Shown in pieces: positions 28,443 to 38,754 of a stretch of DNA of 64,000 nt (position 1 is the stretch's first letter; each line of letters begins with the position of its first letter). The translations under genes and the position numbers were made by a program. Source of the stretch: Candidatus Latescibacterota bacterium (lineage in GTDB: Bacteria; Latescibacterota; CBDEFO01); assembly GCA_965248755.1 (NCBI GenBank), contig OZ252149.1:64001-128000 (forward strand), written 5' to 3'. The notes beneath the pieces are model-generated. The model was not told the DNA's origin and searched no databases. It saw only the letters and a list, made by a program, of their open reading frames with translations.

Positions 28443-30338
28443 ATGTCAAGCTCAAACAACCAAGAAACTATCCGCCTGACCATGGCGCAGGCGCTGGTGA
28501 AATATCTGCAAGTCCAATATACCGAACGTGATGGCAAGAGGCGTCGCCTGATCCCCGCCGTCTTCGGGATATTTGGCCACGGCAATGTGGCTGGGCTGGG
28601 TCAGGCGCTGGAGGAATATGGTCAGGACTTACCCTATTATCAACCCTTCAACGAGCAGGCCATGGTTCACACCGCTTCCGGGTTTGCCAAAGCAAACCTC
28701 CGCATGGCGACCCTGGCCTGTACCTCCTCGATTGGACCCGGTTCTACCAATATGATCAGTGGAGCTGCAGCAGCCACCATCAACCGTCTGCCGGTGCTGC
28801 TTCTGCCATCTGACTACTACGCCACACGCCACCAGGGGCCGGTGTTGCAGCAACTTGAGCATCCAATCTCAGCTGATGTGAGCGTCAACGACTGCTTCCG
28901 TCCAGTCAGCCGCTTCTTCGATCGAATCTCGAGGCCAGAGCAACTGCTTCATGCTCTGCCTGAAGCGATGCGTGTACTGACCGATCCCGCCGACACCGGT
29001 GTGGTGACCCTGGCGCTACCGCAAGATGTCCAAGCACACGCCTACAACTACCCAGCGCACCTCTTCGATGAACAGGTGTGGCGCATAGAACGACGGCCGC
29101 CCGATCCAGAGCGCATCGCCGAGGCCGTGACGATGCTCAAGGCGGCAAAGCGGCCTATGATTATTGCTGGCGGCGGAGTACATTACTCTGAGGCATGGGC
29201 TGAACTCCATACATTTTCCGAAAAGTTCGGTATTCCGGTCGGCGAGACCATGGGGGGCAAGGGTGCGCTTAGGGCCGATTCCGCACTCTCATTAGGCGGT
29301 TGTGGAGTCACCGGTACACCTTCGGCCGGGATGGTTATGAGTCAGGCAGACCTGGTAATCTGTGTGGGCACACGTTTGGGGGATTTCAGCACAGGTTCGC
29401 GGTCTGCCTTCAACCATCCAGCAGTGAAGTTCATGAGCATCAATGTGTGTGGTCACGATGCCTACAAGCATAGGGCCCTGTCCATTATGGCAGATGCCCG
29501 CCAAGCGTTGCGCGCACTAGTAGAAGCGGCCACAGCGGCGGAACTTTCGCCTGATTCTGCCTACCTGGAGACGGTTGCGGCAGCCAACAAACAGTGGGAA
29601 AAACAGTTGCAGGAAGAGGTTTACCAACAGGTTCCCGGCGAGGCCATGAGCCAGGGACAATTGATCGGTGTCCTCAATAAAGTGGCGCAAGCCGGGGATA
29701 CCGTCGTTGCTGCCGCCGGCGCCCCGCCTGGGGATTTGCTCAGACTGTGGGATGTCAGCGGCAACCGACACTGTCATCTCGAATTCGGTTATTCCTGCAT
29801 GAGTTATGAAATACCGGCCAGTCTGGGTGTGCGCATGACCCAGCCGGAGGGTGAGGTCTATGTGTTTCTTGGGGACGGTGGTTACTTGATGAACCCAACA
29901 GAACTGGTCACGGCTATGCAGGAGAATTTGAAGATCACCGTTGTCATTGCCGATAACCACGGTTATCAGATCATTCGGCAACTCCAGATGGCCAGCGCCG
30001 GTCGCAGTTTTGGCAACGAGTTCCGGGCGCGTGACGGCAGAACAAATCGTCTGGAAGGGGAATATCTCAAGATTGACTTTGCCAAGAACGCTGAGAGCAT
30101 GGGAGCCCGGGCCTGGCACGTGACCACGCCCGAAGAACTGCACAACGCCTTGTGCGAGGCGCGCGAAGAGACACGCTCCTGCGTTATCGTGGCGGAAATT
30201 GAGAAACACCGCTACGTACCAGGCCCAGAGGTCTGGTGGGACGTCGCCCCTGCAGAGGTCAGCAATGACCCGGTCACTCAGGCACTGCGAGCCGAGTACG
30301 AAGCCAAGCGTGACAAACTACAGCGCTTCTATTACTGA
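28443..30338 (+). CDS. iolD: 3D-(3,5/4)-trihydroxycyclohexane-1,2-dione acylhydrolase (ThDP-dependent)
   Basis: RLTMAQALV, GIFGHGNVAG, TSSIGPG, VSVNDCFRPVSR, EFGYSCMSYEI, GDGGYLM...N. Confidence 0.95.
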   Translation: MSSSNNQETIRLTMAQALVKYLQVQYTERDGKRRRLIPAVFGIFGHGNVAGLGQALEEYGQDLPYYQPFNEQAMVHTASGFAKANLRMATLACTSSIGPGSTNMISGAAAATINRLPVLLLPSDYYATRHQGPVLQQLEHPISADVSVNDCFRPVSRFFDRISRPEQLLHALPEAMRVLTDPADTGVVTLALPQDVQAHAYNYPAHLFDEQVWRIERRPPDPERIAEAVTMLKAAKRPMIIAGGGVHYSEAWAELHTFSEKFGIPVGETMGGKGALRADSALSLGGCGVTGTPSAGMVMSQADLVICVGTRLGDFSTGSRSAFNHPAVKFMSINVCGHDAYKHRALSIMADARQALRALVEAATAAELSPDSAYLETVAAANKQWEKQLQEEVYQQVPGEAMSQGQLIGVLNKVAQAGDTVVAAAGAPPGDLLRLWDVSGNRHCHLEFGYSCMSYEIPASLGVRMTQPEGEVYVFLGDGGYLMNPTELVTAMQENLKITVVIADNHGYQIIRQLQMASAGRSFGNEFRARDGRTNRLEGEYLKIDFAKNAESMGARAWHVTTPEELHNALCEAREETRSCVIVAEIEKHRYVPGPEVWWDVAPAEVSNDPVTQALRAEYEAKRDKLQRFYY

Positions 30339-30383
30339 GCAGCTTGACAAAACTTGTCGGATATACTGAGTCAGTAGACACGT

Positions 30384-30460
30384 GAGATTGCTTCACTTTG
30401 CTTTAAATGATATTGCATGGGCATGTGGCACTGCGGGTGGCCTTCGCCCGAAGCAATCTC
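30384..30460. repeat. Degenerate GAGATTGCTTC / GAAGCAATCTC REP-like pair
   Basis: Same family as 39963-40103, 46946-47110 and 61287-61322. Confidence 0.6.
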
Positions 30461-30589
30461 CTTTAGATCGCTTCTTCCTCTAAAGTATCTACTATTTTGG
30501 AACCTATAGTCTTGTCCAGACTATTCTAATCTGATACTTGACCTCGTATCCGGTTCATCGTACTTAAGACAAAGGTGGAGAATGCTATT

Positions 30590-30919
30590 ATGGAGAAATC
30601 GAGACTTGAGATACTTCAGGAGTTTGTGGAGAACGATCCGCACGATTCGTTTTCGCGCTACGCCCTTGGTCAGGAATATATGAATCTGGACAGGATAGAT
30701 AAAGCCATTGAGACCTTTGAGAGATTAGCCGAGACCGATCCGGATTACGTGGCGGTGTACTATCATCTGGGAGCGGTACTTGAGCATGCGGGCAGAAAAG
30801 ACGAGGCTAAAGAGATATACCAAAAAGGGATAGTGGTATCTGATAAGGGAGGGGATATGCATGCCAAAGGGGAACTGATGGAAGTCCTGAACATGCTCGA
30901 GGGGGACTTTTCCTCCTGA
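30590..30919 (+). CDS. Tetratricopeptide-repeat protein
   Basis: SRLEILQEF...DPHDSFSRYALGQEY, PDYVAVYYHLG, GDMHAKGEL. Confidence 0.88.
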   Translation: MEKSRLEILQEFVENDPHDSFSRYALGQEYMNLDRIDKAIETFERLAETDPDYVAVYYHLGAVLEHAGRKDEAKEIYQKGIVVSDKGGDMHAKGELMEVLNMLEGDFSS

Positions 30920-30923
30920 TCGC

Positions 30924-31694
30924 TCACATTCCCATTATGTGATAGCCGCAATCTACATAGATAACCTCTCCAGTTATTCCCCTGGAAAGGTGACTGCCGA
31001 GGAAAAGAGCCGTATCGGCCACCTCCGCGTGTTCGGTGTAGCGGCCGAGGGGAGCACGTTCTTTGAACTTGGACCGCATATCGCTAAATCCCGCTATGCC
31101 CCTTGCAGCAAGGGTGCTCAAAGGTCCGGCGGAGATGCCGTTGACTCTTATATTCTTGCCTCCAAGGTCGTAGGCAAGATAGCGAATGCTGCTTTCCAAA
31201 GCGGCTTTAGCGACGCCCATTACGTTGTAGTGCGGAACTACTTTCTCTCCGCCCAGATAGGTAAGAGCCATGATGCTTCCCCCCCTCTCTTCCATAAGGG
31301 GAGCGGCGCGCTGGGCCAGGGCGACAAGAGAGTAAGAGCTTATCTCCTGCGCGATTAAGTAGCCATCTCTGGATGTGTCCAGATAGGCTCCGTCAAGTTC
31401 CTCTCTCTTTGCGAAGGCTATACAGTGAGCGAGGAAATCTATGGTCCCGAAACGATCCAAAAGGATGCTGAATACCTGGTCAATCTGGCCTTCATCCGTA
31501 ACGTCGCAGGGCCCCACAACTGTGCTCCTTTCGAGGGTTCCAGCAAGTTCCCTTACGTTCTTTTCCAACCGCTCGTTCTGATATGCCAGGGCGACATGTG
31601 CACCTTCTCTGTGGAGCGCCTGAGCGATCGCCCAGGCTATACTGTGTCTGTTCGCCACGTTGAGTATAATTCCACTTTTCCCTTCCATTAACAT
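30924..31694 (-). CDS. fabI: Enoyl-ACP reductase
   Basis: VANRHSIAW, ISSYS, LTYLG, YNVMGVAKAALE, ISAGP, ITGEVIYVDCG. Confidence 0.96.
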   Translation of the reverse strand: MLMEGKSGIILNVANRHSIAWAIAQALHREGAHVALAYQNERLEKNVRELAGTLERSTVVGPCDVTDEGQIDQVFSILLDRFGTIDFLAHCIAFAKREELDGAYLDTSRDGYLIAQEISSYSLVALAQRAAPLMEERGGSIMALTYLGGEKVVPHYNVMGVAKAALESSIRYLAYDLGGKNIRVNGISAGPLSTLAARGIAGFSDMRSKFKERAPLGRYTEHAEVADTALFLGSHLSRGITGEVIYVDCGYHIMGM

Positions 31695-31907
31695 CTATTC
31701 TCTCCTCTTTAAGTGGTCACAGACCAGGTGGTCATACACCAAGTGCACGCTGCACCACTTTTTCTGGTACATCTGATATTTTCAAATACCGATCTCCTGA
31801 GATGGGCACTAGATGTTCCGGCCTTCTCACTGCTAAAATACAAACAATGCCCAAAAATGTAAAGCTAAATCTCAAAACAGGGGGAAAAGTTGAAAGAAGC
31901 TATAACG

Positions 31908-32624
31908 ATGTGGCGTTATACCAGAATGGTAGTGCTGGTGGGACTTACTGCGGCGATATACGCCGCTCTTTTAATCCCGTTCAAGCCGATACCTATCATA
32001 CCAGGGTTTACAGAGATAAGACCGGCAACTGTGTTTCCCGTAGTATGTTCCTTGATGTTCGGGCCTGCGGCCGCCTGGGGAGCAGCCTTCGGAAATCTTA
32101 TTGGCGATTTCTTCGGGACTCTGGGCCCGGGCAGCATCTTCGGATTTGTAGGAAATTTCCTCTACGGATATATTCCGTACCGAGTATGGAGGGCGATTTC
32201 CAACGATGGGCCATCCATCAGATCTTTCGGGTCTACGATAAAGTATCTAGCTGCGGCCTTAATAGCAAGTACGGCGTGCGGCGTTAGCATTGCATGGGGC
32301 GCACACATATTGGGACTGGTTCCGTTTGCTGTGTTGTGCAATATAATTCTTATAAATAATCTCCTCGTATCTGCACTTTTAGGCCCCGTGCTTTTGAGGG
32401 TATTGTACAGTAGAGTAAAAAAGTTGGGTCTGATATACACAGAAATAATGTCTGAAGATGATCTGCACAAAGGTAGGTCTGAGCATATAGGACAAGCGCT
32501 GCTCTGGATAGGCTCGCTTGGAGGGCTGATCCTGGGCAACATCACAGCGGGGAATCCGGAGGCGGTCAGCACAGGCGTGGGAGCATCTGTGGTTATCCTA
32601 ATAGTCGGAACCCTTTTGATCTGA
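31908..32624 (+). CDS. ECF transporter S component (QueT-like family)
   Basis: AAIYAALL, IPGFTEIRP, FGPAAAWG...GNLIGD; adjacent to ECF A and T genes. Confidence 0.8.
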   Translation: MWRYTRMVVLVGLTAAIYAALLIPFKPIPIIPGFTEIRPATVFPVVCSLMFGPAAAWGAAFGNLIGDFFGTLGPGSIFGFVGNFLYGYIPYRVWRAISNDGPSIRSFGSTIKYLAAALIASTACGVSIAWGAHILGLVPFAVLCNIILINNLLVSALLGPVLLRVLYSRVKKLGLIYTEIMSEDDLHKGRSEHIGQALLWIGSLGGLILGNITAGNPEAVSTGVGASVVILIVGTLLI

Positions 32625-32680
32625 CAGGGAAAAACAAGTAGACAGTAAACAGGGGCTCCTCCTCCCGTCCCTTGAGATTG

Positions 32681-32714
32681 TCCCCGATTGAACCCCCGAT
32701 AGATTTAATCGGGG
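32681..32714. repeat. Nested 23-bp palindrome copies
   Basis: tccccgattgaa followed by cccccgatagatttaatcgggg. Confidence 0.7.
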
Positions 32715-32749
32715 CTCGCGAAGCAATTCCCGTCTTCGGTGCAGAAACT

Positions 32750-34474
32750 ATGGGAAACAGTGTCGCCGAAACTAAGATCGCCATTGAAACCAGGGGCCTC
32801 AAGTTTACGTATCTGGGGCAGGAGGACAGAGCACTCAAGGGCGTAGATTTTCAACAAACCCAAGGCGAGTTTGTGGCGATCATGGGCTCAACAGGAGCGG
32901 GAAAATCCACGTTCTGTCGTTGTTTAAATGGACTCATACCACAGCTTGTGAAAGGAATTTTTGAAGGGGATGTGATGGTGCAAAATGAGAACATAAGGGG
33001 CAAGAGGACTTTCGATCTGGCTCCGTTGATCGGTATTGTGTTTCAGGACTTCGAGGCTCAGCTCTTCTGCACGAATGTAGAGCTGGAGGCGGCCTTTGGC
33101 CTGGAAAACAAGAATATCACAAGAGATAAGATGATAGAGAAGGTTAGGACAGTCCTCCATCTTGTTGGTCTTCAAGGCCTTGAGGGAAAAGATCCTTCAA
33201 CTCTTTCGGGAGGACAAAAGCAGAGATTGGCTATCGCTTCTGTACTGGCGATGGAGCCGGAAATTGTTGTCATGGACGAACCGACGACCGATCTTGATCC
33301 TGTGGGCAAAAAAGAGATATTGGGACTATGGGAAGAATTGAAAGGCAAGACAGGGGCAATGTTAGTGGTGGAGCACGAAACGGAGAAACTCTTAGGTGCT
33401 GATAGAGTGGTCATTATGAAAGGAGGACGAATCGTCGCCCAAGGAAAAACGTCTACTATGTTGGAAAACAATGACTTATTGGAGGAGTGCGGCATCCGCC
33501 CTCTTCAGACAGCGGTCATTGGAAGAGATTTGAAGATAGACGATATTCCATTAGAGGCTGAGAGCGCAGGAGAGTTTATAAGATCAAAAGGATGGTCCTT
33601 AGACCTTGAGAAGGAGAAACTTATACAGGACTCGGATAAGAAGAAACGGGATAGGTACGGAGAGATTGTGATTGAAGTAGACAGGTTAAGCCATGTTTAT
33701 GAGAAGGATATTAGGTCATTAGATGGCGCTTCTTTAACTATAAGGCGAGGAGAGATGGTAGCTTTAGTCGGACCCAACGGATGCGGGAAGACGACTCTTG
33801 CCAAGCATCTTAACGGACTGTTGAAAGGGACGGAGGGATCTGTAAAGATATTCGGAGTAGATGTTAAAAAGTGCAAGGTATCCCATCTGGCAAGGAATGT
33901 CGGATACGTGTTCCAAAACCCTGATCACCAGATATTTGCAAGCACGGTGAGTGAAGAGGTGTCCTTCGGACCCAGAAACTTCGGATTGCCAGTGGAGGAG
34001 ATCTCACTTAGAGTAAATGAGGCATTAGAGGCCACAGGGCTGTCAGGCTACCAGGACAAGGATCCCTTCTCACTGACAAAGGGCGAAAGACAGAGGGTAG
34101 CTATAGCCTCTGTCCTGTCTTCTGGACCGGAGATTATAGTTATGGATGAACCGACTACTGGATTGGACTATTGGGGTCAACGATCTGTGCTGGAACTTGT
34201 AAAGAACTTAAACGAACAGGGACATACCATAATTATTATCACTCATACTATGTGGATAGTGGCAGAATATGCCAGAAGATGCGTGGTTATGAAGGATGGG
34301 AGAATCATATTGGACGGCAGTACAAGAGACGTGCTCGGGAATGAGGAAGTGATGGCCTCTGCGCAACTTGAGCCGCCGGAGGTTGTGAGACTGAGTAAGA
34401 GTTTAGGTGGTGCTACCACTTCTGGTAGAGTAGTTCTTTCATTGAATGAACTGATGTTCTGTCTCAGGAGGTAA
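32750..34474 (+). CDS. ECF transporter fused double ATPase (EcfA-A')
   Basis: Two ABC domains: GSTGAGKST / LSGGQKQR / MDEPT and GPNGCGKTT / FQNPDHQ / LTKGERQR / MDEPT. Confidence 0.92.
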   Translation: MGNSVAETKIAIETRGLKFTYLGQEDRALKGVDFQQTQGEFVAIMGSTGAGKSTFCRCLNGLIPQLVKGIFEGDVMVQNENIRGKRTFDLAPLIGIVFQDFEAQLFCTNVELEAAFGLENKNITRDKMIEKVRTVLHLVGLQGLEGKDPSTLSGGQKQRLAIASVLAMEPEIVVMDEPTTDLDPVGKKEILGLWEELKGKTGAMLVVEHETEKLLGADRVVIMKGGRIVAQGKTSTMLENNDLLEECGIRPLQTAVIGRDLKIDDIPLEAESAGEFIRSKGWSLDLEKEKLIQDSDKKKRDRYGEIVIEVDRLSHVYEKDIRSLDGASLTIRRGEMVALVGPNGCGKTTLAKHLNGLLKGTEGSVKIFGVDVKKCKVSHLARNVGYVFQNPDHQIFASTVSEEVSFGPRNFGLPVEEISLRVNEALEATGLSGYQDKDPFSLTKGERQRVAIASVLSSGPEIIVMDEPTTGLDYWGQRSVLELVKNLNEQGHTIIIITHTMWIVAEYARRCVVMKDGRIILDGSTRDVLGNEEVMASAQLEPPEVVRLSKSLGGATTSGRVVLSLNELMFCLRR

Positions 34475-34477
34475 CCT

Positions 34478-35239
34478 TTGTATCTTTATGTGAGAGAACA
34501 TACTATTCTGCATAACCTAAACCCGATTACCAAGATAATCGGACTCATATTGCTATTTGCCATTCCGCTATATTTTACCCACCCGCTGCAGCTTGCGGCC
34601 GCGTTGTGCCTAGTGCTTGTTCTGGCACTCTGGGCCAGAGCGATCCCGAATCTGCGCAGGATGTGGCTCTTTTTTGTAATGTTAGGACTATTCAGCGCTC
34701 TCTTGTGGTCCGTCTTTCACAAGGAGGGAGAAGCTATCTTGTCTTGGGGCCCACTGTCGGTTTCGAGGGAGTCGATTCTGTACGGCCTGGGCATGGCTGT
34801 GAGACTGAATACGACCCTGATTTCAGGTTTAATCTTTCTCTCCTGCACGAGGATCGAGGAGTTTACGATGGGTTTAAACAAAATGGGACTCCCCTTTTCG
34901 ATGAGTTTCGCCCTGTCTTTGTCCTTCAGACTCGTTCCTCTTTTCTTCAGCACAGCCTCGACTATCGCTCAGGCTCAAAAGGCGAGAGGATTGGATATGG
35001 AAAGCGGAGGCATCATACGGAGAATAAGGAATTACATCCCTCTCCTCATCCCTGTATTCATATATGGGATAAGGAACGTGGACCTCTTGGCTATGGCTTT
35101 GGAATCGAAAGGATTTGGGGCAACGAGGGAAAGATCCTATTATCTGGAGTTCAGGATGCAGTTTAAGGATTACGCTGCATTGGGAGTGCTGGTACTGATG
35201 AATCTTCTGTCCATCTACATAGTTCTTAGCTGTCAATAG
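34478..35239 (+). CDS. ecfT: ECF transporter transmembrane T component
   Basis: LHNLNPITK, FRLVP, AQKARG, AMALESKGF. Confidence 0.9.
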   Translation: MYLYVREHTILHNLNPITKIIGLILLFAIPLYFTHPLQLAAALCLVLVLALWARAIPNLRRMWLFFVMLGLFSALLWSVFHKEGEAILSWGPLSVSRESILYGLGMAVRLNTTLISGLIFLSCTRIEEFTMGLNKMGLPFSMSFALSLSFRLVPLFFSTASTIAQAQKARGLDMESGGIIRRIRNYIPLLIPVFIYGIRNVDLLAMALESKGFGATRERSYYLEFRMQFKDYAALGVLVLMNLLSIYIVLSCQ

Positions 35240-35482
35240 TAACACGCAACTCTTTGTTAGACAATAATCACCAGCTATCTATTTTCCCTCTGATAGATGT
35301 TCTCTCTACAGTGATCCAACTCCCATTTGATCTGCCCATCCTGATGATTTGTGACATTGGTACTTTTTCTGCATCTCTCAAATCAAAAAATGTTGTAATA
35401 CCGAGCATCGAGTGTTATATTAAGGGTCGATTTCATATGGTATGTACTACCGTCATTTATTTCATCACAGGACATAAATGCC

Positions 35483-36997
35483 ATGCCTTACAAGACTGCG
35501 CCAGAATGCCTGTTAGCGCTGGTCTGCATCAGTTTCCTTTTCGTGCAGGTCAGCCCGGCTCAGGATCTGACTGAGTTCCAGAAAAAGGTTACTGAATTTA
35601 CTCTCGACAACGGTCTTAAGTTTATCGTTGTGGAGCGTCATGAAGCGCCGGTAGCTTCATTTCGCACTTACGCCGATGTAGGGTCTGTGGACGAGGTAAC
35701 GGGCATCACCGGATTGGCACACGTCTTTGAGCACATGGCGTTTAAGGGCACTACTACGGTCGGAACCAAGGATCTTGAGAAAGAGTTAGAAGCTATCCAA
35801 AGAGTAGATGAGGCCTTCAGTCGGCTTCGCAGCGAGCGTAATAAGGGCGTACTTGCCGATACTATGCTGATCGAACAGTTAGAAGAGGAATTTGACGCTG
35901 CCAGTGAGGCCGCGCAGGAGTGGGCGGAAAGCAGCGAGATGGACCGAGCTAACGAGTATGCCGGCGGTGTCGGCATCAATGCCAGCACCGGTTCGGATGC
36001 AACGTACTACTATTCCAGTTTACCTTCCAACAAGATAGAACTGTGGTTTTCGCTCGAATCTGACCGCTTCCTGAATCCCGTACTGCGTGAATTCTACATT
36101 GAAAAAGACGTGGTGATGGAGGAGAGACGGCTGCGCATTGAAAGTAGTCCCTCCGGCCGTCTGTTTGAGGAGTTTCGCGCCGCCGCCTTCAAGGCCCATC
36201 CATACGGAGAACCTGGGATCGGTCACATGTCCGACCTGAAGACTATGACCCGTGATGAGGCACGAAGCTTCTTCAAGAAATATTACGGCGCAAATAATCT
36301 CACCATCGCCATTGTCGGCGACGTTGATCCCCGGACGGTGAAACGACTGGCAGACATATACTTCGGACGCTTGCCTTCCGCTTCCAAACCCGATCCGGTG
36401 GAGACCGTAGAGCCGGAGCAATTGGGCGAACGCCGTATTTTCCTCGAAGACAAAGCCCAACCGATTCTCCTTCTCGGCTATCACAAGGGCAGCATTCACC
36501 ATCCGGATGACGCGGTCTTTGCGGTTATTCTGGATATTATTGGCCGCGGCCGAACCAGCAGACTCTACAAGAATCTGGTCAAGGAGAAACAGATCGCCGT
36601 CAGCGCTTCGGGCTTTTCCGATTATCCGGGCGCGAAATATCCGAACCTGATAGTCTTTTACGCCGTTCCGAGCCAGACGCACACCGCAGAAGAATGCGAG
36701 GCAGTGATCTACGACGAGATTGAGCGATTAAAAGACGAGCCGGTTTCCGCCGAAGAATTGGAGAAAGCTAAAATACGCGCCCGCGCCGACCTCATTCGCC
36801 AGCTCAATTCAAATTCCGGAATTGCCGGCCAACTGGCGTTCTATCAAGCACTTACCGGAAACTGGCGCAATCTCTTCCACAGATTGGATCGAATCAACGC
36901 TGTAACAGCACAGGATATCCAGCGCGTGGCCAAGCAATATCTGATCTCCAGGCACCGCACCGTTGCGGTGATCAAAACAGTAGACAGCAGCAATTAG
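35483..36997 (+). CDS. M16 (pitrilysin) family Zn peptidase, catalytic subunit, exported
   Basis: Signal peptide; TGLAHVFEHMAFKGT (HxxEH); INAST; EKDVVMEERR. Confidence 0.92.
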   Translation: MPYKTAPECLLALVCISFLFVQVSPAQDLTEFQKKVTEFTLDNGLKFIVVERHEAPVASFRTYADVGSVDEVTGITGLAHVFEHMAFKGTTTVGTKDLEKELEAIQRVDEAFSRLRSERNKGVLADTMLIEQLEEEFDAASEAAQEWAESSEMDRANEYAGGVGINASTGSDATYYYSSLPSNKIELWFSLESDRFLNPVLREFYIEKDVVMEERRLRIESSPSGRLFEEFRAAAFKAHPYGEPGIGHMSDLKTMTRDEARSFFKKYYGANNLTIAIVGDVDPRTVKRLADIYFGRLPSASKPDPVETVEPEQLGERRIFLEDKAQPILLLGYHKGSIHHPDDAVFAVILDIIGRGRTSRLYKNLVKEKQIAVSASGFSDYPGAKYPNLIVFYAVPSQTHTAEECEAVIYDEIERLKDEPVSAEELEKAKIRARADLIRQLNSNSGIAGQLAFYQALTGNWRNLFHRLDRINAVTAQDIQRVAKQYLISRHRTVAVIKTVDSSN

Positions 36998-37062
36998 GGG
37001 CGAACCCATGTGCTCGCCCGATCTACCGGCATTTTCAGGGAAGGCACCAGGTGTGCCTCTAT
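36980..37062. repeat. GTAG-type REP doublet overlapping the M16 stop codon
   Basis: gtagacagcag...taggggcgaacccatgtgctcgcccgat...attttcaggg; similar to 17365-17443. Confidence 0.75.
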
Positions 37063-37123
37063 ATATAAATGAGAGGATAAATCTATCCGATTTCATGTAC
37101 GCTACATAGGTCTAACGCTGCTT

Positions 37124-38530
37124 GTGGTGCTCACCATTTTTGTGAGTCATAGTGCCTTAGCCCAGAAGCACTATACAGAGCTTACATATCCTCCGCTTAA
37201 CAAAATTAAGGTCCCCCCTATCGAGCGGATTCAGCTTGAAAACGGCATGATCATATATCTGGTGGAAGATCACGAACTTCCGCTCATCAATCTTTCAGCT
37301 CGCATCGGCGTCGGCTCAATTGATGAACCTGCCGATAAGATTGGACTTGCAGACATCACCGGCGCTGTTATGCGCACGGGCGGCACCAAGACAAAGAGCG
37401 GCGACCAGATAGACGAAGAGTTGGAGAGCATCGCCGCTTCGGTAGAAACCGGCATCGGCTTAACTTCCGGTTCTGCCTCCATATCGGTGCTCAAAGAGAA
37501 CCTGGACACTGGCCTCTTAATTCTTTCCGACATATTAATGAATCCGGCTTTCCCAGAGGAGAAGATCGATCTCCAGAAAGTGCAGGCGCGATCCAGAATC
37601 GCGCGGCGCAACGATTACGTGCGCGGCATTGCCTTTCGCGAGTTCAGAAAGCTCATCTACAGCTCAGAGAGCGTCTACGCACGACATACGGAATACACTA
37701 CTGTTGACGCCATCACCCGCGACGATTTAGTCGCTTTTCACAAAAAGTATTTTCATCCGAACAACGTGATGCTCGGTGTCTGGGGCGATTTTAAGAAGAA
37801 GGAGATGATCAAGAGAATAAAAGACGTTTTTAAAGACTGGAAAAAGGGGGAATTCGAGCGCCCACAGACGCCGCCGGTGACGTACAATTTTGATTACTCG
37901 GTTAGCTTCATCCGCAAGGAGGATGTAAACCAGAGCACTATTCTGCTGGGCCACATCGGCGGGCTGATGAACAATCCCGACTACTTTGCCCTGCAGGTAA
38001 TGAACGATATCTTGAGCGGTGGCGCCTCCAGCCGACTCTTCCGACACGTGCGTTCGGACCAGGGACTGGCCTACGCCGTCTTCGGCCGGTACGGTGCTAA
38101 CTTCAACTACCCCGGTCAGTTCTATGCAGGCTGTATGACCAAATCCGAGACCACAGTCAAAGCAGTTCACGCACTACTTCACGAAATCGAGACAATCAAA
38201 AAGGAAGAAGTTACCGGTGAGGAATTGGAGCTGGCCAAGGAGGGATACCTGAATTCGTTTGTGTTCAACTTCGATACCCGCTCTGAAGTGGTCGGCCGCC
38301 TGATGACTTACGAATATTACGGCTATCCGAAGGACTTTCTCGAAAAGACCAAAGAGAATATCGAGAAGGTGACTAAAGCCGATGTGCTGCGCGTCGCGGG
38401 GAAATATCTGCAGCCGGACCAGGTGCGTATTTTAGTGATCGGCAACGAGACAGATTTTCGACAGCCGCTCTCTTCCCTCGGGCACGTGGACGAGATCGAC
38501 ATCAGGATTCCTGGGAGTAAGGATCCATAA
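37124..38530 (+). CDS. M16 family peptidase partner subunit (no HxxEH); true start possibly ATC at 37085
   Basis: LENGMIIYLVEDHELP, GGTKTKSG, YFHPNN, SRLFRHVRSDQGLAY. Confidence 0.9.
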   Translation: MVLTIFVSHSALAQKHYTELTYPPLNKIKVPPIERIQLENGMIIYLVEDHELPLINLSARIGVGSIDEPADKIGLADITGAVMRTGGTKTKSGDQIDEELESIAASVETGIGLTSGSASISVLKENLDTGLLILSDILMNPAFPEEKIDLQKVQARSRIARRNDYVRGIAFREFRKLIYSSESVYARHTEYTTVDAITRDDLVAFHKKYFHPNNVMLGVWGDFKKKEMIKRIKDVFKDWKKGEFERPQTPPVTYNFDYSVSFIRKEDVNQSTILLGHIGGLMNNPDYFALQVMNDILSGGASSRLFRHVRSDQGLAYAVFGRYGANFNYPGQFYAGCMTKSETTVKAVHALLHEIETIKKEEVTGEELELAKEGYLNSFVFNFDTRSEVVGRLMTYEYYGYPKDFLEKTKENIEKVTKADVLRVAGKYLQPDQVRILVIGNETDFRQPLSSLGHVDEIDIRIPGSKDP

Positions 38531-38754
38531 GCCCTTTGAAGCACTTTTCAAAGTTTCCAACGTTTTGATCCCGTAGCAGGGGGACTTCATGCAGATATCT
38601 ATTTCTCCATCGTCAAGCAATCGACGTTCCAGTGCGTGCGTGCCGGCGGAGACTTTGACGAAGTCGGCACAACAGTAGAAAAAAGCAACAAGAATACGGA
38701 TATGGGAGGCGATGTCCCCCTCTACTTTCTACTTGAAAACGAGGAGAGCTTGTA

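Noticed and set aside
31750..31907. preQ1 or other riboswitch ahead of the QueT-like S component
   Set aside because: I could not identify the stem and A-rich tail consensus by eye. An Infernal/Rfam scan would be needed, so the substrate remains unassigned.
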